From the NCBI GenBank assembly GCA_965649825.1, contig OZ287695.1:1911288-1975287 (forward strand): 64,000 nt of DNA, given 5' to 3'. The notes beneath the pieces were generated by a model, which worked only from the letters and a program-made list of their open reading frames with translations, was not told where the DNA came from and searched no databases. A program made the translations under genes and the position numbers. The DNA is from Penicillus capitatus (taxonomy: Eukaryota > Plantae > Chlorophyta). Of this stretch, positions 1-11,545 are shown piece after piece. The stretch's first letter is position 1; each line of letters begins with the position of its first letter.

Positions 1-340
1 CGAAATAAGGCAGACTGACTGGCTCACGTCCCATCGAGGGAAAGGGAACGGCAACGGGATCCTCTGAAGTGCATTGCCTTCAGAACTGCCCGCTTTGCCG
101 CGTCTGACGCGACTCTACGACTAGACCCATCTGCAGACCGTCGCAGCAGCCAACGCTCTGCTTAGTAATCAAGATGATCAGCAACTGCTGACAAGCCGTA
201 GCCTCCGCGCAGACTCAGATCCCAGGCCGCGGCACAGATGTATCCGTTTTTGGGTCGTACGTCTGTCTATGAATTTCTGGGGAAGGTATTTGTGGAAACA
301 GGCATCGCGCCCATCGACTCGCCGTTTCCATCACAGAGCA

Positions 341-360
341 TCAACTCAACTCAACTCAAC
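341..360. repeat. (TCAAC)4 microsatellite
   Basis: Four perfect TCAAC units read directly. Confidence 0.9.
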
Positions 361-753
361 ACGACGCCCTATCCATGTGCTTGCCGCCGTGTCTGAGAGA
401 CAGCACATATTCCAATCTAACGGATAGGGTCTCTATATCCGTCACAGCGACAGCAGCGCGTACCGTACGATCACCTGCTGACCGTCGCACTGTACGATGT
501 CCATAGCATCGACCCTCTCCTCTCTACCCTGAACACAGACGTTCAATTTTGGCCGTTCTCTCTGCAGCAGCGCTGTTGGATGCCGCAAGCGGCTCGAGGG
601 TGGAGGGAAACTCACGAGCAGTCGTCGCGAGTCCTATCAGCATTTGCTTCGATGTGACATCGATGGACTAAATGGTATAAAAGCCATCGCTGTGAGTTCG
701 ATTTCTTCAAGCGCGTTGTCGCACACGTGATTTACCAAACATCTACATACACA

Positions 754-2160
754 ATGCGACAAAACGTAGAAGAGGTCTACGGGTGGATCGTGGACGACGT
801 TGTGACGAAAGTTCGGGATGTATTCGCCGAAGAGGGCATAGACGTGTACGTACGCACACGCGGTTTCCCTAACACACTTGGCGGCGGTGGTGCAGCACTT
901 TGTTTTTCCTTGTCACTCTTTTCCTTCACTACTCATCTACCTCGTCGCGTTTCATTCGCGTCTCGCGCCTTTACTGACGGGTTTGGTCATTCGGAACCTG
1001 TTTGGTGACAGGTCCGTCCTAAACGAGTTGCGTGAGACGTGGTCGCGAAAACTGGACGAATCTGGAGCGATGGGAAATAACAGTCACAGCTCTGATGCTT
1101 GTGAATGGGCGACACCGGAAAAGACAGACAAAGCTGCCGTCGCTGCCAGACCCATCAAGACATCACACGCTGTCTCATACCATCCACCCCATCGCACGAA
1201 TAGCACAGCAGCAACAGAGTCCGTTGCATTGAGAAGTCGACTGTCGATTGGCATACCGCGGAAGAGAGTCGAGGCAGCGCCTTATGCAGCAGCACGAACC
1301 TATCTGCCAAGCGAAGCTGCTGTCATCTGGTCGGGGCCAACTGCCAATCAACATCTCTATCATCAGCACTATCCTGGAAGGGGTACTTTCATGACGGGCA
1401 TATCGAGACAACAACCGTCGCATGTGATCTCTTCAAGTCAAGCCACGCCGCAGCCAACCAGAGCATCCACGGGCATCATGGACACGCATTTGCTGATGAA
1501 TACCCTGTACAGTACTGGCACCACTACTCCAACGCGTTCACAGCCAATACGTGTCATTCCTAATGACAACGCCTTTCACCTGCAACATTTCACACCGCTG
1601 ACGACGTCTGTTTCGCCACAAGTAAGCTCGCTTCCTGCTTCACGCACGAGTGACGCGCATGAGCATGCTGACACTCACTCTGTATATGTGTGCATCTCAC
1701 TCAACTGATGTGATGAGTGTGTTGTACAGGTTCGTTTGTCTGGCAAACGAAAGGAGCCGGATGATCCGGTGTCCTTGGTATCGCACAACACGTCGACGAA
1801 GGCTGTTCGTCGCAAGAGTGGCGACAGCAAGGCGTCGAGCGTGATTCCGCAGCGCGACGGAGCTGACGAAAGACCAACAACCCCAACACCTCAATACTCT
1901 GAACAAGAAGGCACGTCATACATTTCTCACACAAAATTCTCACTCTTCATACTGCAGAACCTGACCTCGACGACGATTCCGCTTTGTCGGACGGTGACGA
2001 CGATGAGGAAGCAGTGGAATCGTCCAACTGTTTGACGGCTCAGTACGACAAAGTGAGTCGTATTAAGAATCGATGGAGATGTCAACTGAAGCACGGCATC
2101 TTTCACATCGACGGAAAAGACTATCTTTTCAAGTCTGCAAATGGAGAATTTACTTTCTGA
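754..2160 (+). CDS. GTF2A1: Transcription initiation factor IIA large subunit (4 exons)
   Basis: N-terminal VEEVYGWIVDDVVTKVRDVFAEEGIDVSVLNELRETWSRKL and C-terminal NCLTAQYDKVSRIKNRWRCQLKHGIFHIDGKDYLFKSANGEFTF*, the two conserved TFIIA alpha/beta blocks around a low-complexity linker. Introns 846-1011, 1622-1729 and 1911-1957 (GC-AG). Confidence 0.93.
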
Positions 2161-2420
2161 ACCGCATGCACGGGTTCTCGATGTGCCTAGCTTGAAAAAT
2201 GATTCTTTTAGCACGCACGGACAATGCAGTCACTGTCTGCTAGATTAGATTTTCAAGTGGGACAATTCTAGTCCACGATTTAATCACCTACTAGATGGAC
2301 TGGCCGATCCATTCCGTCTGTCTGTCTGTCCTTAAGCTGTTTAGTTTTGGTGAAGATTTCATGCAATTTGATGCTGACATGACAAACCCGCTCGGGCAGG
2401 TTAATTGAGCATTTAGTCGA

Positions 2421-3787
2421 ATGGCAGCGCATTTGTATGGCGACCTACCAGAGGCAAAAAACAAGGAGCAAGAAGACCGTCACGGCACTGCCGACGACAC
2501 GGCAACCACAACGACGCCCTGGTCCGATGTTGCGAAGCCACCCCCTCCACCGCCAATAGAGACCCCGACCATCGACGACAGCAAAGAGATGACCCTAACA
2601 GAGACCCAATCCACACGCACGGCACTTTTCGCCCCTCCACGCTCTGTCCTCAAAAAACAGAGCAGTATCCCGTCTGCCGTCGTCACCGATGTACATGCGG
2701 GTCATCGCGAAACGGACAGTGCGAAATTTGGTTACCGTCTCTTCGGAGATATCGAAGACGAATACGATCCGGCCAAACCCAACGATTATGAAGCGGTCAT
2801 CCAAGAACGTGAACGCAAGAAGCGCGAGGCAGAGATAGAAGCTGAGAAACAGGAACGCCTTATGCAACAGCAGATAGAAGAGAAGGTCTCACTCCCTCAT
2901 CCGTCCCAATCACCTCATTGACACACTCCAACGCATCTTTGCAGGAACAGCGTGACCGTGAGCGAAAGGAGAAGAGACAACAGAGTCCGTCGCATTTAGA
3001 AGACGAAGAAGAAGGGCGACACCATCGGCGCAAAATCACACCGTCTGAGGCACTCGTCTCCGATACGATGACGCAGACACCGGCAACCGGTTGGAGATCG
3101 TTTCGATGTTTCGCAGAGGAGACAGCTCTGCCTGCGTTTAGGCGAAGGAAAAGGAATGTCGCTGGCGCAGAAGATGCTGGAGAAGTATGGATGGCGTGAG
3201 GGCGAGGGACTAGGGAAGAAACGCCAGGGAATGGCGACGCCACTCATTGCACAGAAAACAGACAAACGCAGCGCCGTCATCGTCAAGGCGCAGCAGCTCC
3301 CCAAAACGGAGCCTGAAGCGGCCGCCCACTCGTCACAAGTCTGACGCGTTGCACAGAGAAGCGCTGCCTTGACAGGGGTCTGGCTGCCTGACTAGGTACC
3401 CGCTGTGAAAGGCAAACCGACGCGTGTAGTGCTGCTGCGCAATTTGGTGGGTCCTGGTAAAGTGGATGACGATCTCGAGGACGAAGTGGCCAACGAGTTG
3501 CAGAAATATGGCCATGTACAGAGTGTCTTGATTTTTGAAGTCACTGAAGATAACTTTCCAGCCGAAGAAGCCGTTCGTACTTTCATTGAATTCAAGACAA
3601 CCGATGAATCACGTAAAGTACGAAGTACACGCCGCGGACGGCAGAGAAAAAAGATGGTCTTGGTTTTCAGGCGGCGACGGCGTTGAACGGACGGTTTTTT
3701 GGTAAACGCATTGTACGAGCTGGATATTATGACGAAGCTAAATTTTATGGCTGTGATCTAGCGCCCGTCGCCGGCGAGTTCGCCTGA
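2421..3787 (+). CDS. RBM17: Splicing factor SPF45/RBM17 (DRT111-like), G-patch + UHM, 5 exons
   Basis: SPF45 motif YDPAKPNDYE; G-patch LAQKMLEKYGWREGEGLGKKRQG; UHM PTRVVLLRNLVGPG...LNGRFFGKRIVRAGYYDE. Four short GT-AG introns restore one frame. Confidence 0.93.
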
Positions 3788-3886
3788 CTGGTGGAGGCAG
3801 TTGGGGGCCAGTTGCACTTGTGGACCGGCGCCAGAGGGTAACATGCAACGTTCGTACGTTCGTATCTCTGATTTGTTTCGCGCGTT

Positions 3887-5380
3887 ATGTCGACCGAGCT
3901 GAGTCCGAAAGAACGTCTTGCCTCGATCGTCGACGCGAAACCTCTCTACGTAGCGCAGCACGGCAGTGCAGCTTTGGCGTTGGTGCAGTTGGTGGACTAT
4001 GACGACTGGTGTGTTTTGGATGCGGAGTGGCTTTTGGCGTTCTTACACGAGCTACATCTTTGCGTCGATGGCTTGGTTCAAGAGTACGGTTTCTACAAAG
4101 TCGGGTTTCAGTCTGGAGCATTTACCGTCGCGGCGAACATATCGAACGATGTTAACCCGCATGCAACGGAGAGAATGTTGCAGTTTGCGACGGAGGTGTT
4201 GCGAGCGTTGAGGGACAAGAGACTCCCTCAAGGCGGCGCACCTCGCACGCGTATTTCTCTGTCGACTGGTCCAGTACGGAGCGCCATTCTTGGCAAGACA
4301 GCACTGAAGTACACGGTGCATGGACGACCAGAAGTCATTGCTCGGCTTCTGCTCAAGTCCCATGGCCGAGACGGCTCCATTATCGCTACCAAACGGCAAG
4401 GACGATGTTAACGTTTTATTGAGTAACCTCGGGAGCTCTTAGATTTGTGGAGAGTCTGACGAGGCAGGCGGCATCATGGACGGCATTGCCTTTGGTACAG
4501 GGCGGTTCTCAAGGCAGTACGATGGAACGTGCATACCTCTTTGAAGAGGATGCACCGGAGGACGCATCTCACAAACAAGTAGAATGTCAGCACAGCCGTC
4601 CTGTCATGGTAGGTTCCGTATCGTTGGCCCTCGTTCTGAAGAGGGCGATGGTGTTGCTAGGCAGTGTGGAGATGGCTGACCTTTCATCCATCCCTGTGTT
4701 TCAACGATACAGAGATGGAGCGTCATTTTCTTTTGTTCCATGCAGATCGATATTCGTCATTTGATGCTCTATACATGTCTTTGTCCCTCTCGATGATTGC
4801 AGCCGGCCTTGTCCGTACAGGACAGGAAAATACCTTATCCGGCGCATTGATACAATTAATTCTCTCCCTCATCGGTAGAGACGCCATAGATTCTGAGAAT
4901 GTGTGTGGGAGATGGGGAGATGTGTAGGAACGGCTATACCGTTGATCTGCCTTGTCTGGTGGGGGTCTTTCTACAGACAGAACCGTCAAGGCATTCTCTG
5001 CTTCTTCAGAATCGTCAAGCTAGTGACTATTACTTTCTTCGGACTTCAAAAATCGATCGCCAGTTTAACGCCACTGTTACTCAACTATGCCATTCTGCAT
5101 GGAATGCATGCGATCGGCACACAGCTCATACTCCCGTGGCATTTGCTTTTTCAGGTATCCTCTTCTCTTCACGAAATCTCTTCGCTTGACGATTCTCTTC
5201 TAGGTCGTTTCGGTATTCTCGATTGCAGGGAAGAGTGTCTACCTGTGCCGCACTCATGAAGAGGTGGAAGAATGTCATTCCATCATTGGAGCTTCTGCTG
5301 TCTTTCTCTTTACGTTGGTCCTGCCTTCGATCGTTGCCTTCAAGTCACATAAGCACTCTCTCTATGCGGCGTGTTCTTGA
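3887..5380 (+). CDS. Degenerate class III nucleotide cyclase-like domain fused to a C-terminal multi-pass membrane region (5 exons)
   Basis: Cyclase fold pattern YKV..., ERMLQFATEVL, RISLSTGPVRSAILG..KYTVHG. Spliced downstream exons give several hydrophobic segments. Introns include 4396-4442 (GC-AG) and 5155-5203. Start codon uncertain. Confidence 0.72.
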
Positions 5381-6423
5381 CATCAGAGGCCATGTAGAGT
5401 GGAAAAGCAACAGAGGTGTGTGTACTCGCATGGTTCCTACAGCGGAGCATTGAAGCAGAGCTGACAATGGTTGGCTCTTTTTCTTTCGGAACGGTTTTGT
5501 TTCTTCTAAACGAGCGTTCCTATCCTAACACTTAGCTGTTTCTGTCTAGTCTTGGACTGTTTGTTCTGTCCGATCTCACTGAACTGAAGACCTTACATTT
5601 CGTTTAACATGTCGTCGTGTGGATTTGGCTGCGACAAGTCTTCGTTAATGAAGCAAGCGGAGTCTAAAACCAGGATGTGCTCTATGATTCTTTCTGGTGT
5701 TTGTCTGGTTCTTGTATGCTGAAAGAACAGAACCGAAACACAGCAGTGCCGCGAACGAAGACCAAAGGTGCTGCGGCTCCCTTGATATTCATTGCTGTGA
5801 GAAGTCATTTTTGTTCCGTTTGTTCCATTTGTTTGTCATTGACCTGTTTTCCGATTAACCATAATGGGGATGACCTAGATACTGGCGATCTGTATATAAA
5901 GAGGAACTGAGGACGGATACAATTTAGTTCGATGAAGAAGTCAACCAACCAATCACGACCAATACCCATGACATAATGAAGATGCCGTAGATCATCTCTG
6001 CCTCTCCACTGAGAACACATCGTTCTGGGACAGGGACGGCGGTAAGAACGTATCTCAGGAAAAGGATCTGATGCCAGAACCCGACACGCTGAAAAATTAC
6101 TGGCATCGATCGTTTGTACAGAAACAGTGATGCACGACGACGGTTACTCTTTGTATTCAATTGGATGAAATGCCAAAGGACTTCCAAGAGACAGTTTCTC
6201 TGACACATGGGATCTCATCTGTAGGACTTAGAATCCGTAGTTGTAGTTTCTAGCGATTCCCTGACCACCGAACGAAGGGATTTGTAAGGACTCTGGGGTT
6301 TTGCATAAATGCATCACTGTCTTGTGTAGACGCTGTGACCATTCACAACATCATGCAACACACTCTCACTCTCTTCGGCGCTCGAGATCTAAATGATCAT
6401 CATAAGACACCGAGGCCATATGG

Positions 6424-8146
6424 ATGCTCCATAGAGGGCCACAGCAATGGAAGACATACACTGTTGCCTTGTCCTGCATCTCTGTGCATCGCTGTTTCAT
6501 GTTCCATCGGCGCATGTCACTCACGACAGCTTTGTTTCAGTGTCGACGCATTGACAGCTGCGTATCGTTAATTCGTCCACGTTGTTGGATACAGACTTCT
6601 CTGCGTCTTGCGGAGACATTGTCGACGGAATTGGCGATGTCTAGAGAGACGATGCGCTACGATGGGGATAGTGGACAACGGATTCGCCAAAGACCGACAC
6701 TCTATTTCAGCGGCGGCTCCAAGTGTGTCCCACATGGGTATGCTCCGCTGTGACCCTTGGTCACTGTGATGGCGCAGAGGCCAGTTCGGAACTGGCGGTT
6801 CCGGATCTTGTCTCTGCGACGTTGAAGGTCGTACGCTATGGTGCGTCAAGAATAGACCTGGGCTGGCCGTCCAGAATGTTGTCTAAAGGGAAGGATATTT
6901 CTACCTTCAGGAGTCTGCCACAAGTAACACGGCACACTACGATGGTTTGATTCAAGGATTAGAAGCGGCGAGACAATCGGGGTTTAAGCAGCTGAGGGTG
7001 TGCAGTCATGCGCAGCTCGTGATCGAACAGATGCGGGTGGGTGTACATTCGGCTGCACTCGGCTCATCGATGCCGTGTTTAAGGGCAACTGGAAGGTGAA
7101 GAATGAAAGACTGATGGAATGGTACAATAGAGTAAGGCCATAACCGTCACCATCTACGAAGTTTCTGGCTGAGATCTTTTCATTCTAGGCACGGCAATTG
7201 ATTGATCTCTTTGATCATGTCGTCTTTGATAATATCCCGAAGGAAGAGAACCGTACGAGCACTTCACACTTGCAGAGTGTGACTGACATGTGGTGTGTGG
7301 TCTATGTTATGGAACAGTGGCAACGGGTTTGTCTGCCAAAGCAATGACGGAATACCGTACACATTCAACATGGGCACACGCATCGCACGCGTCCGGGACG
7401 CAACCGATGGAGCAGAGAGATGAAATGCCCCGAGAGAATTGCACATCTGCGCAGATAGAGCCCACTCACACACTCTACTTCGATGGCGGCGCTAGGTGCG
7501 GTACCAGTCGCACGGGCTACAGAGAGATTCGATGATGATATTGGATGCTAGAGGCAATCCAGGCCCCGGCGGCTCAGGCGCATGTCTTTACGATGCCACA
7601 GGTCGCATCGTTTGGTAAAGACGCTTCTATTGCCTCTCATTTCTCACTCTTTGCGTCGATGCAGGGAAGGATACTTCTATCAAGGCCATACAACTAACAA
7701 CATTGCCGAGTACGATGGAATGATCCAAGGTATGCGCGCCGCCTCAGATGCCGGCATCAAAACCCTCCGAGTCCGCGGCGATTCCAACCTTGCCATTCAG
7801 CAGATACAAGTCCGTCATATGCCAAACACGAACGCATCCCTTAGCAGAATCGCTCTGCCAGGGAATCTGGAAAGTGAAGAACGCCAATCTCCAGCACTAC
7901 TATCAACAAGTACTGTGATGATCATCTAACCTGTCCTTTCAAACGACAAGACCTGGCCCTAGGCGCAGCAACTGCTCGGGCACTTCGACACGATCATCTT
8001 CGAGCACATTCCGCGAGAACAGAACAGTCAGAGGAGCCCTCTATGAACTTAAGGCTTCGAAATTGATCTGTTGTGCGACAGGTGTGGCTGATGCCCTCGC
8101 GAATACTGCCATGGATTCACGCAGTACGCATGCATCGTGGCGCTGA
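6424..8146 (+). CDS. Tandem two-domain RNase HI (archaeal/plant type); N-terminal domain lacks the catalytic acids; possible organellar presequence; 11 exons
   Basis: Domain 2: LYFDGGARGNPGPGGSG, NNIAEYDGMIQG, LRVRGDSNLAIQQ, HIPREQNSVADALAN. Domain 1: LYFSGGSKGQFGTGGSG, SNTAHYDGLIQG, LRVCSHAQLVIEQ, NIPKEENLATGLSA. Start ATG uncertain. Confidence 0.88.
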
Positions 8147-8412
8147 ATGAGACACGGTGTCCAACTTCACGATGATTCTTAAACGACACGTTCATCGCAT
8201 TGTGTCTATTTTGCAGAGCTTCTTCTCTTTATCAGTCGTCGATCTTTCCAAATCTCCTCTCAGCGTTCGAAACGTCGTATACGTCTCTATTGCGGCTCAA
8301 GGTACCGACTCCAGACGGTGCGCTCTCGCGTTGTGTCCCGTTGTCTTTGGCGCCGCCATCGACCGATCCCTCTCTTCCGTGAGGCGGCACTCGAAGGCGT
8401 GTCTGTTTTCAG

Positions 8413-10195
8413 ATGCGGCGTTTTCAACTGATGTTACTATTCGGCTGCCTTTTACTAACGGCGTCGGTGCATCGCGTCATGGGAGTTGAAGAGGCGGAAG
8501 TGGAAGAGGCGGAAGATGAGTACGAAGAGGTGGAGGGCGAGGACGAAGTGCAAGAGGAGAAAGAAGGGGAAGTCGACGACAGCGATGTCGTAGTGTTGAC
8601 CGACGCTAACTTCGACGAAAAGATCGGAGCGGCGAAATTCGCTCTGGTAAACGAACAGCACTCGCGACGCATATGATACAAGCACTTGTATCTGCTGTGC
8701 AGGTCGAATTCTATGCACCCTGGTGTGGACACTGTAAAGTGAGCTCGACAATTGACTCCCTTGAACGAACGAACGGACACTTTTGCTGTGTAGAATCTCG
8801 CCCCGCATTATGCTAAGGCAGCAACCACGTTGAAGGCAGTTGATGATACCATCCTCATTGCTAAGGTCACGTCATCGGCGGCGGCAGGATTGTTGATGAA
8901 TCATGTTTTTTGTGATGTGACAGGTGGATGCGACCGAGAACAAGATTGTGTCAGAAAAGTATGGCGTCCAAGGATACCCAACACTCAAATGGTTCGTCGA
9001 CGGCAAAGACACGGAATACAATGGAGGCCGCGATGAGGAATCGATCGTGCGTTGGGTGAAGAAGAAAACTGGGCCGCCTGCTCAGACGATCAAAGAAGCA
9101 TCCGAGATCGCAGAGCTTGAAAAAACGAATGAGGTGTTTGTTGTGGGCTACTTTGCCGCTTTTGAGGGAAAAGAGTACGAGCTCTTCGTCAAGGCTGCCC
9201 GATTGGGTGAAGATGTGACCTATACCCAAACCACGTCCAAAGATGTCGCCAAAGCAGCCGGCATCACGAAAGATGCACCCGGGATCACAATCATTAAAAA
9301 TTTTGAAGGATACGAACGCGAAGTGATGGAGTTTAAAGACGAGATCGCCGTTGGCAATCTCGAGGATTTCGTGATCGCGGAGAAGATGCCTCTGATCCTG
9401 CCCTTTATTGAGAAGAACCAAGAAAAGATCTTCGAGGCAGGCATCGAGACACACGTTTTGATTCTGGCCAGCGGCGAGAACTTCAAAGCCGACGCCGAGA
9501 TGGCCAAGATATTGAGAGGAACGGCCAAGAACTTTAAAGGCAAGCTCATGTTTGTCAGCGTGGATGTCGATGACGAGACATCTTCGTCGCCGGTTCTCAA
9601 TTTCTTTGGCGTTGAGAAGAAAGACGCCCCAGTCATCTTCGGTTTCCAAATGAACAAGAACAAGAAGTTTAAGTACAGTGACGCCGTCACAGAGGAGGCT
9701 CTAAAGAAATGGGCTGGAGATCTGCTGGAGGGCAAGGTCGAGCCCATCTACAAATCTCAGGATCCACCGGAGAACGATATGGAAGATCACGTGAAGATCG
9801 TCGTCGGCAAGACAATCGATACCATCGTCAAAGATCCAACCAAAGACGTGTTGCTGGAGGTCTATGCTCCTTGGTGTGGGCATTGCAAACAGCTCGAACC
9901 CATCTATAAGAAACTCGGCAAGCGCTTCTCCTCGATCGATTCCGTCATCATCGCCAAGATGGACGGAACGGAGAATGAGCACAAAGATATCGACGTCTCT
10001 GGATTTCCGTCAATTATCTTCTTTCCAGCTGAAGAAGGGGCAGAGAAGGTGACCTATGAAGAGGGTGATCGTTCTTTGCTCAGTCTGACGAAATTCATCA
10101 AGAAGCATGCCAAGATTCCGTACGAGCTGCCTAAGAAGAAGGCGGGAGAAGGCGATACAGAACCAAAGGAACCAGATGTCAAGACGGAGCTGTGA
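8413..10195 (+). CDS. PDI: Protein disulfide isomerase, a-b-b'-a' type (4 exons)
   Basis: Signal peptide, acidic N-terminal tract, two WCGHC thioredoxin sites (first one completed by splicing), C-terminal KTEL. Confidence 0.96.
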
Positions 10196-10393
10196 GATGC
10201 GTGTGGGCTTTCTTCTTGAGGTGATAACTATTGGATGAAAAAAACATCTTTGGTATCTGACGCTAATGTTGTGAGAAAGCACCAACAACGATGGAACTCG
10301 GTCTCCGCCGTCACATCATCCGCGCCGTCACATCATCCATCATCGACGAACCGTTCGCGACTCGCTTCACGTTTGGAATCGCGCAAGAAAACG

Positions 10394-11442
10394 ATGGCAG
10401 AAAAGAGTCGAATGTTATTCTATGCATCCCTTATCTCTTTGGTGCGCTATGCCGATCGAGGGACGGCGCTGAAAAGCTCCTTTGATGGGTGGGCAGGTCT
10501 GTGGTGGTATTATCATTGGACTGGCAGCATGGAACGCGGTTGGTCTCCAATGCATCCGACACGAACGGCTGAGAGATGAAGGCGCTATGGTGTAGAACGA
10601 AGTCACGTGGTCGCCTCTCACGAGTGCGATAGCAGGAGTTGGCGGCGTTCTGATGGGAACCTCACTTTTGGGTATCTCTCGGATGACACGGAAGATGAAA
10701 GGCAGATGTCCTTCTCTAGGAATGATGAATGCACAAGGATGCACTTTCTGCTGTCACATCGCCCTCTACGTACGCCCCCAGGCTGATACATGAGAGATGT
10801 CACTGTCCTGTGCCTTACAGCTGTATGTGTTGATTATGGGCGCCCTCTCGCTGGCAGGACTGGCCTTCGTCATCGCAGCTGCGGTGAAAAAAGTGCGACT
10901 GACTCTATCCAGCCTAAATCATGACACGCACTGATGCGGTGTCTCCTATAGAGTGAATGGATCCAAGAAATGGCAGAGAAGTATTCAGACGGTATTGCTT
11001 ACGTTATGCCCTCACTCTACAGCAACAATCATGGGATGCAGAATCTCAGCCGAATATCGATCACTTGAAGGAGAAGTATGATGAGTTCATGCCATACGTC
11101 ATCGGCTTTGGCTGTGTGACCGTCTTCTCTTGTGTACCGCTCTCTATCGAATGCTACAGGACAGAGTGATCGTGGGCATTAGGTACTCGGTTTCTTCTGT
11201 GGCTGGCGTTACTTGGCCAATCTAAAACGAAGAAAAGTGGTTGAGCGCGAGATCGTCGCGGATCGAAGAGATCGACGCGTCAAGGCCGAACGCGAGAAGG
11301 CAATCCTTGTGTATCATTGATGCAGAGCAGATGTGACGACATGGAAGTGTCACAGGTGAAGAAGCGACATCATGAAACCATTGTGCAAATGACGGAGAAA
11401 TACAGAAATCGAAGAGATCCAGAAGGCCGACTGTTGAAGTAA
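10394..11442 (+). CDS. Four-TM tetraspanin-like protein (TOM2A-type architecture), about 8 exons
   Basis: Spliced model gives four hydrophobic segments (MLFYASLISLVCGGIIIGLAAW; AIAGVGGVLMGTSLLGIS; LYVLIMGALSLAGLAFVIAAA; YVIGFGCVTVFSCVLGFFCGW) and a basic helical tail. One internal junction is uncertain. Confidence 0.6.
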
Positions 11443-11545
11443 TCACAGCAGCAGAGGAGGTCATTCAGGAGAGCTGTCACGTCATGTCTCGTGGTCGATT
11501 GTGTCAATAGACTCGATTGTGCATGGACATAAGACAATTGGGTTG

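Noticed and set aside
1-750. Coding sequence upstream of TFIIA
   Set aside because: No frame with a recognisable product; it could be the 5' part of a gene lying outside the window.
5155-5203. U12-type (minor) intron: donor GTATCCTC and a TCGCTTGAC branch-like motif
   Set aside because: Both matches are imperfect, and GTATC donors occur in other ordinary introns here (EDR2, RFC1), so chance is likely given the weak donor consensus. A genome-wide intronIC run and a U11/U12 snRNA search would settle it.
5593-6208. Small minus-strand membrane-protein gene (MIYGIFIMSWVLVVIG fragment)
   Set aside because: No consistent spliced frame or recognisable family; may be UTR or promoter sequence.
8951-9747. 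Long antisense ORFs opposite PDI (also opposite RFC1, DDX3 and ATG6)
   Set aside because: Shadow frames of codon-biased coding exons; no motifs or independent gene structure.
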